From Calditrichota bacterium (lineage in GTDB: Bacteria > Calditrichota > Calditrichia > Calditrichales > J004): a stretch of DNA of 64,000 nucleotides. The translations under genes were made by a program, and so were the position numbers. Each line of letters begins with the position of its first letter. Within the stretch, counting starts at the first letter, position 1. The stretch lies in contig CAVRRG010000079.1 in the NCBI GenBank assembly GCA_963723365.1, forward strand, positions 1,382 to 65,381, written 5' to 3'. Below the pieces are notes generated by a model, which saw only the letters and a list, made by a program, of their open reading frames with translations, was not told where the DNA came from and made no database searches. Below are positions 38,403-46,000 of this stretch, in pieces.

Positions 38403-39019
38403 TAAAACCTTTGTCCGATTTCAAAACGAATATCAATCATGGAGTGGTCTTTAGTTTCTCCGAGCTGCTTAATAAATGGCATAAAACGATACTGTGTTCT
38501 AAAACCGACATAATATCCGCCATCAACATCTGCATCGATACCCAACCCTATCATTCCGGCGATAATCCATTCATCCTGGTTCGACAATTTAATTCCGGTA
38601 AAGGCATCATCTTCCGGGAAATTGACACCGTATAAAGGACCGATACCACCAAAAACATAAGGTCTGAAGCTATCATCAAAACTTGTTACAAATAATCTCT
38701 TCTTGGCCGAAACCATTAAATCGAACAGAAAAACATTATTCCTTTTATTAAAAGTTATGGGTTGTCCAAAATAATTAATCGTTTCCAGCTGATTCTTATC
38801 GCGCACCATAATAATGTCAAAGTTAAATCCCACATGCCAGAAATTTTCAGAAAGGGGTATTTCGTAAAATATACCTAATCCTGATCCTGTTTCAAGCAAA
38901 CTGTACACAAAACCCCTATGATCCAGAATGATTGGTTCGGGGTCTTTTTCAATATACTCTTCAAATTGACCAAAACAGAAAACGGGAATTAATAAAAGAA
39001 AAATGTTTACTGACTTCAT
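38402..39019 (-). CDS. Small outer-membrane beta-barrel-like protein
   Basis: Signal peptide, alternating amphipathic strands, C-terminal ...RFEIGQRF (terminal Phe). 1-nt overlap with the holC-like gene. Confidence 0.5.
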   Translation of the reverse strand: MKSVNIFLLLIPVFCFGQFEEYIEKDPEPIILDHRGFVYSLLETGSGLGIFYEIPLSENFWHVGFNFDIIMVRDKNQLETINYFGQPITFNKRNNVFLFDLMVSAKKRLFVTSFDDSFRPYVFGGIGPLYGVNFPEDDAFTGIKLSNQDEWIIAGMIGLGIDADVDGGYYVGFRTQYRFMPFIKQLGETKDHSMIDIRFEIGQRF

Positions 39020-39306
39020 GTATTCACCAATCGCTATTCAAATATTTATTTTTCTGTTTAACACCAAAAATATTAATAATGTTCCTGTTGTTTGCTACTG
39101 CGCCCTATTTCAATTGTATTCCTTCTAATAATTCTGATACGTTTTTTAGGCAGAAATGTTGACATTTTATTAAGGCTATTAAATTGACAACATCTATTTA
39201 AAGGCTATAGCCTTGATTTATTCTGTAAATTCTCATAAAAAAGTATAAATAAAAAACCCCTTCCAAAAGCTTGAAAAGGGAGAGACTTGGTACATAACAG
39301 CATGTA

Positions 39307-39717
39307 TCATCTGAAAATATTTTTAATAGCACCCCAGGTTTTAAATAAACCGCTTATATTTGGATGAACGACCATGGCCCCATCCGGGGTTGTCTCTTTC
39401 ACAGTTCCAGAGGCTCCTATAGCTTCGATTTTGTAATAAACTAAATTGCCATTCTTGAAGAACACATTTTCGTCTGTATAGCTATATTGATATCCCGGTC
39501 CCATAGGATTTATTCTATTTAACTCAACATAGGAATTTTGATAATCATTACTGCGTTTAATCACGAAATATTGAATTTCGGATTCTTTATCGGTGACCCA
39601 GGTAATGGTTACCCTGTTCGACTCCGGCTGGGCGTTAAACTCTTTAAATATTTCAGTTGTAGCAAATACCACAGAGAGGAATATAATGAAGAAAAAAAAT
39701 GTTAAATGTTTTTTCAT
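39307..39717 (-). CDS. Small secreted single Fn3-like domain protein
   Basis: Signal peptide. The motif F.A.P..NRVTITWVTDKESEIQYFVIKRS is the same module type as at nt 1-249. A hairpin plus T-run lies downstream (about 39255-39285). Confidence 0.5.
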   Translation of the reverse strand: MKKHLTFFFFIIFLSVVFATTEIFKEFNAQPESNRVTITWVTDKESEIQYFVIKRSNDYQNSYVELNRINPMGPGYQYSYTDENVFFKNGNLVYYKIEAIGASGTVKETTPDGAMVVHPNISGLFKTWGAIKNIFR

Positions 39718-39962
39718 TTATTTACAGGTTATTAACAACACTAAACCAATATACATTATTGATATTTTAAAGCAAGATTTATTTACTCCGGAGCCCTGAA
39801 AATATGAAGCACTATAAGTTGTCGCTGATGCCTGACAACGCTGAAAAAAATTATTGAGCAGTGATCTCTTTGTGATATGTTGAGCTTAAAATTTATTCGA
39901 TTTAAATAAAATAACAATACAAATCATGTAACTAAATAACAACCAACCGTTCGGAGGTATGA

Positions 39963-40496
39963 ATGAACAGATTTTCTAAACTTTTAACCCTTGTTGCTTT
40001 TGCGGGTTTAATTGCGTTTTTAACAGCTAATGTAACTGCAACTAATTCCTCACTGAATTTAGATGCTGCTTTTGAAGCTGCGGCTTTTGATGTTGATGTT
40101 TCAAAGTGTGACAGCGGCAAAGAAAAAGGCCAAAAAGCTGCTAAAGGTGAAGCTAAAGAAGCTAAATGTGGCGAAGGCAAATGTGGTGAAGGTAAAGCTA
40201 CCAAAAGCGATGCCAAAGTCGAAGGTAAAGAAGCCAAATGTGGCGAAGGCAAATGTGGTGAAGGTAAAGCTACCAAAAGCGATGCCAAAGTCGAAGGTAA
40301 AGAAGCCAAATGCGGCGAAGGCAAATGTGGTGAAGGAAAAGCTGCCAAAGTCGAAGGTAAAGAAGCCAAAGTTGAAGGCAAATGTGGCGAAGGTAAATGC
40401 GGTGAAGGTAAGAAAGCTGTTGAAGGCGAAGCCAAAAAAGCCAAAGGCGAAGGTAAATGTGGTGAAGGTAAATGCGGCGAAGGTAAGTGTGGTTAA
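39963..40496 (+). CDS. Secreted low-complexity Cys-repeat peptide (KCGEGKCGEGK x5), HvfA/oxazolin-like RiPP metallophore precursor candidate
   Basis: Sec-type signal (LLTLVAFAGLIAFLTANVTA). Eleven CGEGK motifs in a K/E/G/A background. Strong GGAGG RBS 7 nt upstream. Strong terminator immediately downstream. Confidence 0.7.
   Translation: MNRFSKLLTLVAFAGLIAFLTANVTATNSSLNLDAAFEAAAFDVDVSKCDSGKEKGQKAAKGEAKEAKCGEGKCGEGKATKSDAKVEGKEAKCGEGKCGEGKATKSDAKVEGKEAKCGEGKCGEGKAAKVEGKEAKVEGKCGEGKCGEGKKAVEGEAKKAKGEGKCGEGKCGEGKCG
40158..40301 (+). repeat. Two tandem 72-bp units (71/72 identical) encoding EAKCGEGKCGEGKATKSDAKVEGK, within a wider degenerate repeat tract (~40140-40496)
   Basis: Direct comparison of 40158-40229 with 40230-40301. 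The single difference is gct vs gcc. Confidence 0.9.
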
Positions 40497-40521
40497 TCAT
40501 TTCATTCCGTAACAAATTAAA

Positions 40522-40555
40522 GCGTAGATAAATTATTATCTGCGCTTTTTTTTTT
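40522..40555 (+). terminator. Strong rho-independent terminator: 10-bp stem GCGTAGATAA/TTATCTGCGC (one G-U pair), 4-nt loop, T10
   Basis: Read directly. It starts 26 nt after the stop codon of the Cys-repeat peptide gene. Confidence 0.85.
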
Positions 40556-40639
40556 AATATTAACTTATTTATTATATTGCCGAATAATATTTTGAATCTT
40601 ATCACATAAAAAGTTATTAATCATATTAGGAGGCAAGTT

Positions 40640-41200
40640 ATGAAACTAGTTACAACCCTATTCATTTTTTCACTGTTTGCGACAACAAGTTTATTTGCCC
40701 AGACAAATCTTTCCATTGGAATACACTCAGGCATCCTGTTTTCTGCATTTGAAGACCAGGAAGAAACCCAGACTGCTATACCGGTAGGTGGATACCTTGG
40801 AGCGCAGGTTTCTGAAAGTGTAGAGTTGGGAGCTGAATTTAGTACTGTATTAGTGCCCTTTGAAGAGAAATTTTTAGGAGAAACTTTTTCCTCTACCCAA
40901 CTCGCATTTGGCGGCTATATAAGAGTTTATTTCCCGATGGAAAGCATTGTGCCTTATATAAGAGGCGGGGTAGGATACTACACAGGTGCGATTGAAATTG
41001 ATAGTGATTTTGGCGGTTTGGATTTTGACTATAATGGCAATGTTGGTTTTAATGTGGGTGCCGGATTTGGAACTGAATCAGGTTTTTATGTAGAATTTAT
41101 CTACCACATTGTTTCGCAAGAGCTTAAAGATTTCGATGGTGATGCCTTTGGTGTGAATAATTTTGGCGGACATGTAGGTTATGCTTTTTCAATTAATTAA
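40640..41200 (+). CDS. Small outer-membrane beta-barrel protein (OmpW/OMP_b-brl-like)
   Basis: Signal peptide (FIFSLFATTSLFAQ). Gly/aromatic-rich alternating strands. AGGAGG RBS. Confidence 0.6.
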   Translation: MKLVTTLFIFSLFATTSLFAQTNLSIGIHSGILFSAFEDQEETQTAIPVGGYLGAQVSESVELGAEFSTVLVPFEEKFLGETFSSTQLAFGGYIRVYFPMESIVPYIRGGVGYYTGAIEIDSDFGGLDFDYNGNVGFNVGAGFGTESGFYVEFIYHIVSQELKDFDGDAFGVNNFGGHVGYAFSIN

Positions 41201-41233
41201 TTAACAGATAGATAATTAAATCAGGAGGTAAAG

Positions 41234-41746
41234 ATGTATAAAGGATTAACTGTGTTATTTTTAGTATTAGGATTCACAACTTTTTCAGTGGCTCAAAATA
41301 TTGGGCTTATGAGTGTTGCACCGAAAGTTTCTCTTATTTTACCACAAGAAACTGGCTTGGAAACCGGCTTTGGTTTTGGTGCTGCGGCAAACTTAGGTGA
41401 AGTGGCCGATGGTATTGGCTTATTTCCCTTTATTGTCTATGAAATACCCGGATCTGAATTTTCCGGGGTTGACATCTCAAATATACAGATTGGAGCAGAT
41501 GTTCATTATGGTGTTGCCGAAAATATCTATGTCGGTGGCGGTGTATCTGTAAACCTTTTTAGTTCAGAAGTTGATTTAGGCCCATTTGGTACTGTTGATG
41601 CCGATGAAACGGAATTTGGTATTTCTGTTCTTGGTGGTTATGATTTTAATATATCAGATATGAATGCTGCCGCGGAAGCACGGTACGATATAATTAGCAA
41701 TTACAACCATCTGGAAGTTTCTGTATTAGTATACTTCCCAATGTAA
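41234..41746 (+). CDS. Small outer-membrane beta-barrel protein, similar type to the preceding gene
   Basis: Signal peptide (VLFLVLGFTTFSVAQ), alternating beta-strand pattern, AGGAGG RBS. Confidence 0.6.
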   Translation: MYKGLTVLFLVLGFTTFSVAQNIGLMSVAPKVSLILPQETGLETGFGFGAAANLGEVADGIGLFPFIVYEIPGSEFSGVDISNIQIGADVHYGVAENIYVGGGVSVNLFSSEVDLGPFGTVDADETEFGISVLGGYDFNISDMNAAAEARYDIISNYNHLEVSVLVYFPM

Positions 41747-41767
41747 TTTTTTATTTAATAATCAATA

Positions 41768-41789
41768 AAGGCTGCCTCTGTGCAGCCTT
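41768..41789. terminator. Bidirectional terminator hairpin (AAGGCTGC/GCAGCCTT) between convergent genes
   Basis: Read directly. Flanked by an A-rich run upstream and a T-rich run downstream. Confidence 0.7.
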
Positions 41790-41792
41790 TTC

Positions 41793-42293
41793 TTATTTTA
41801 ATGCCTGTAAAGCTTTTTCATAATCCGGTTCCTGCCCTATTTGTGGAACCTGCTCCGTGTAAACAACATTTCCATTTTCGTCGACTACAACAACGGACCT
41901 GGAAAACAAACCCTCCCAGGACCCGTCAGCGATCATAACACCATAATCTTTTCCAAACGAGCGCGTGCGCATTGCTGAAAGACTGGTGACATTATCAATA
42001 CCCTCAGCCTCACAAAAAGAGTGGAGTGAAAAAGGTAAATCTACTGAAATACATAAAACAGCTGTATTTTCCAGATTGGCGGCTTCCTGGTTAAAGCGTC
42101 TCACAGAGGCTGAACAGACCCCGGTGGCGATGCTTGGAAATATATTTAATAATATCTTTTTCCCGGAAAAATCGCTTAAGGACACATCTTTAAAATCTGT
42201 TGTTGTTAATCTAAAATCAGGTGCTTTACTGCCAATCGCCGGTAAATCACCAACCGTACTAATTTGATTTTCACCAAGCTTGATATTTGCCAT
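41793..42293 (-). CDS. tpx: Thiol peroxidase (atypical 2-Cys peroxiredoxin)
   Basis: GSKAPDF.L......V.L.DF.GK...LNIFPSI.TGVC.ASVR.FN...VLCIS.DLPF...FC.AEG is near-collinear with E. coli Tpx. Confidence 0.9.
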   Translation of the reverse strand: MANIKLGENQISTVGDLPAIGSKAPDFRLTTTDFKDVSLSDFSGKKILLNIFPSIATGVCSASVRRFNQEAANLENTAVLCISVDLPFSLHSFCEAEGIDNVTSLSAMRTRSFGKDYGVMIADGSWEGLFSRSVVVVDENGNVVYTEQVPQIGQEPDYEKALQALK

Positions 42294-42314
42294 TTTCTTT
42301 TCCTTGTTTTCTGT

Positions 42315-43076
42315 TTAACCAATTTTATCTTTATCTAAAATAAATGATTCAAATTCTTTATATAATTGTAATTGTAGTTTTTCAAAACTGCTGGCACCGT
42401 ATGTTGACACTACAACTTCTAAATCTACCAAATTATTCTTTTCAGACTTTTTAATTATATGCGGAACCAAATGAGAGGCATGCCATGGGGAATTTAAAAT
42501 ACTTTTTCTTATTTTATCAATTACCCCCTCCAATAGCTGATGTGAAGATACCTTTAATACAAACTTATGCGTGCTCACCATTTTATTTTCATTTTTATTT
42601 ACATGTATGTTGCTGGTAATCTTGCTGTAGGGAATTTTTAAAACAGCGCCATCCTGTTCCTGAACTTCAATATTCAGGTATCCTAATTTTGAAATTTTGC
42701 CCTTTACGTCACCCACAGAAAGTTGATGGCCTGTGGCATAAATATCCTGTGCTCTTAAAATAATACCAGCCACATAGTCACGTGCCCCAAACCAACCAAT
42801 CCAGATGAGCCCAATAATTGAAATTGTCATAAAAAAAACTGTAAAATAAAATGTATCATTAAATATTTGTCCCAGCGACCAATAAATAAACGCCAGCCAA
42901 ACAATCATTTCAAACGCCGGAAAATATCTTTGATAACCGATGTTCGTTTTATATCTCATCTCCAAAATTCTCAGGGATTTGAGCAATAACCTTAATACAA
43001 TAAAAACAATGATACCAACAACAAGAACTTGAATTACAGCCCATTGCTGCCAATTATTTGCTACTAGTTGCCCCAT
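42315..43076 (-). CDS. MscS-family (small mechanosensitive channel-like) membrane protein
   Basis: Three or four N-terminal TM segments, then ARDYVAGIILRAQDIYATGHQLSVGDVKGKISKLGYLNIEVQEQDGAVLKIPYSKI (MscS pore-helix/beta-domain pattern). The start overlaps the upstream gene by 13 nt. Confidence 0.6.
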   Translation of the reverse strand: MGQLVANNWQQWAVIQVLVVGIIVFIVLRLLLKSLRILEMRYKTNIGYQRYFPAFEMIVWLAFIYWSLGQIFNDTFYFTVFFMTISIIGLIWIGWFGARDYVAGIILRAQDIYATGHQLSVGDVKGKISKLGYLNIEVQEQDGAVLKIPYSKITSNIHVNKNENKMVSTHKFVLKVSSHQLLEGVIDKIRKSILNSPWHASHLVPHIIKKSEKNNLVDLEVVVSTYGASSFEKLQLQLYKEFESFILDKDKIG

Positions 43077-46000
43077 ATCATGCCCATCCTGGAGAATTGA
43101 TTAACAAATAAATGTTCAATAAAAGGATTAATCCTTAAACTGTTATTTGGTCCTTTAACCACAAAACCACTTCTCTGTAAAGCCTCAATGGTCTGCTTTG
43201 TAGATTTTTCAGTGCTATTAAAAATTCTACGTAATCGCGCTATAGTCAATTCTTTGTGCAATACAAATTGTGTCAGCCAAATATTCCATTCATTTTCCAC
43301 AGATAAAAGGATCTCCCAATCGAGTTTGGGTAATTTCTTTAATTCAATCGTGTCATTAGTGAAATCCTCAATCATGATAAGCCAGCTTAAAAGTGATACA
43401 CCGATCGATCCCACTGAATATTTGAAAATATCATTAAAAATACCGGCTTTACGAATGTCCGACATTTGATCTTCCAGCCTGTTTTGGTAAACGAAGTTAA
43501 GACCAGTTGAGCTATGCCTGTGCAGAATGGCGGTTTCAATTTCTTTTGCATTAAAAGGTTCAACATTTATAACACCCACAAAACTTTTTTCAATATTTTG
43601 AATATTATTAATCAGGCGGTATGAAAATGAATTAATGTTAAGTATAAAAAACACCTTTTTACCAAAAGTATCTATCAGGTTTAAGATGATGTCAATTATT
43701 TGGAATCCTGAAGCACTCCTCTCCCACCACATCTCCAGATCATTGATTATAACTGTGCTATGCGGCGCTAAACCTTTAATAATCTGCTCCACACTACCAG
43801 AGCGGTTTGTACCTTCAGCGAGAGCTTTATTAAAATGTTCAGGATTAATAGATCCTCCCGATTTTGGATTTACCCAAAAAACATTTTCAGCATCAAAATA
43901 GCTGTGAGCGATATTCCTGCTTAATGCTGTTTTCCCTGAACGAGGTTCTCCTTTTATAAGTAAGGCCCCTGAAAAGCCTTCTTTATATCTTTTGTAAATT
44001 CTTTCCGCGCGGTCTATCAATGTTTTTTTAGAGACCAGAAATTGACTGCTTATCGAGCTCTCACCCGAGAATAATTGTTTATAATAACGGGGCAGGGTGT
44101 TTATAACTTCACTATCCGGAGAATAATTTTGTGTAAAGGTGATCATCATGTCAATAGAACCGGTTTGCTTCTCCTCCAGCTTATTTAACCTGCGGGCAAA
44201 TAGTATTCCTTCACTTTTGCTGTATTGTAAATTGACGGCCAGTCTTTGAATAAAGCCGTAAATGTTCTGCTTGGTTTTTTCGAGACCGCTCAATACTTTG
44301 CGTTGCTCTTGAGAAAAAATATACTGTTTTAGATTATTGGTTGTATGCGTAATCAGGTAGGGACTCAAACTGTCAAACGTTGAGCGCAGTCTTTTGTAAG
44401 CGTATTTCTGCAATTCTTCCAGTAAAGATTCAATTTTTTCTTTACTATCAGAGAGCCGTCTTACTCCATGGCCAATTAAATGGTCTAAGTCTTCTTCCTC
44501 GGAAAGAGCATCCATTTTGAGTGGGTTCTCGGCATTACTTACACTGGCCACAATTAATCTTTGCGTATCCTCAATGGCGACCACTGCTTCTTTTAATCCG
44601 CTGTTAAATACCAGTACTTCATCATTTAAGTCCTGTAAAAATTCAGTATCCACCAAATAAGTGACCAGTCTTTTTAAATAAACGGATACAATATCCTGCT
44701 CTTCAAATTGGTTCTCCTCCAACGCTTTGAAAGAACCTTCACTCATCACTTCTATTATTTCTGGTAACTCTTTTATATAATTTTGAACTTCACCCGACAA
44801 GACTGCAGTATCAGCACCTAATTCAATCGATTTTGTATCCTCTGCTACCACAAGTTTTTTAAGATTTTCCGGTTTCTGATTATTAATATAATTATTAAAT
44901 AGCGACTCTATCGGCTCAAAATAAACATTGAGCGTTTCATTGATTAAGTTTTCAAGATTATCAACCCATTTATACAACAACAGGCGCAGCCTGTTTTTAA
45001 ACAAAATCAGGGTCAACTCCATTTCGGCAAAATCAATCATCAGCAACATATTTTGGGACCACTGCCCGGATAGTGATAACAGTTTTTCTTCTTGAATACT
45101 GGTTTTCTTTAAACGGAAATTTTTGCGGATAATACTATTTACCTGAACTAAATTGAAGGTCTTTATCTTGTTCTGAAAACTTTGGTGATGCGCGGCAGTA
45201 AAACTATTTACAACCTTGGCAAAACTCGATTCAACATCATCACAATATTTATTGAATAAAGTGGTTATGGAGGATACTGACTCCTCTATTCTTTTTTTAC
45301 TTAAAGTGTTGTTGTCAAGCGTATAATTTTCAAGGTTTCTTAAGACATCCTGCACCCGGCTAAAGATTTTTTGGAGTTCTGAAATACTATCATAACCAAT
45401 TAAGCCAATTTGTTTAACATGCTGTAATAGCTGCATCCTTAAAAATCCGTTTATATGATGTCTCAAAAACATCTTTATCTTAATTGGAACTTTGATATCC
45501 GATTTAAAGATTTTATTGTTGATAAGTTTTTTAGTTTTAAAAAACTTAACGGAAGTGGGGTCCTTCATATTTATAGCAATTGCTTCCCTGTCAAAAAGGG
45601 CTGTCTCTGTTTCGGGACAACTATTCAAGATCTCGTTATGGACAAATATTATATTTTCAATGCCGTTCCCGAGGCTCTCTTTTAAATGCTGCATATTCTC
45701 ATTTTTAAACGTTTGCAGAAGTTTTTGACTATTGGTAAACGATTCTCGCTGCAAACGTGTAATCAATTTAACAATGCGTTTTGTATCCAGGGCTTTAAGA
45801 TTTTTTGATAAAAGCTGAAAACTATTTATAATTTGTGATTCGATTTTCCTGCCGAGGTCTTTGAAGTCCTGTTCAATCTCCAATATATAACTGCGATAGA
45901 ATTCATTTAACGAGTCGTTAATCTGATTATGAATTGTTAATACCCGTTCTGCTAACATCTCGTCTTTAGGCAGTTCAATTGCTGTATGTTCTGTTTTTGC

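Noticed and set aside
39932-40605. Three additional long ORFs over the Cys-repeat locus (39932-40444 minus, 40063-40512 plus, 40270-40605 minus)
   Set aside because: They are alternative-frame or antisense products of the tandem repeat. Only the 39963 frame has a GGAGG RBS, a signal peptide and a terminator placed right after its stop.
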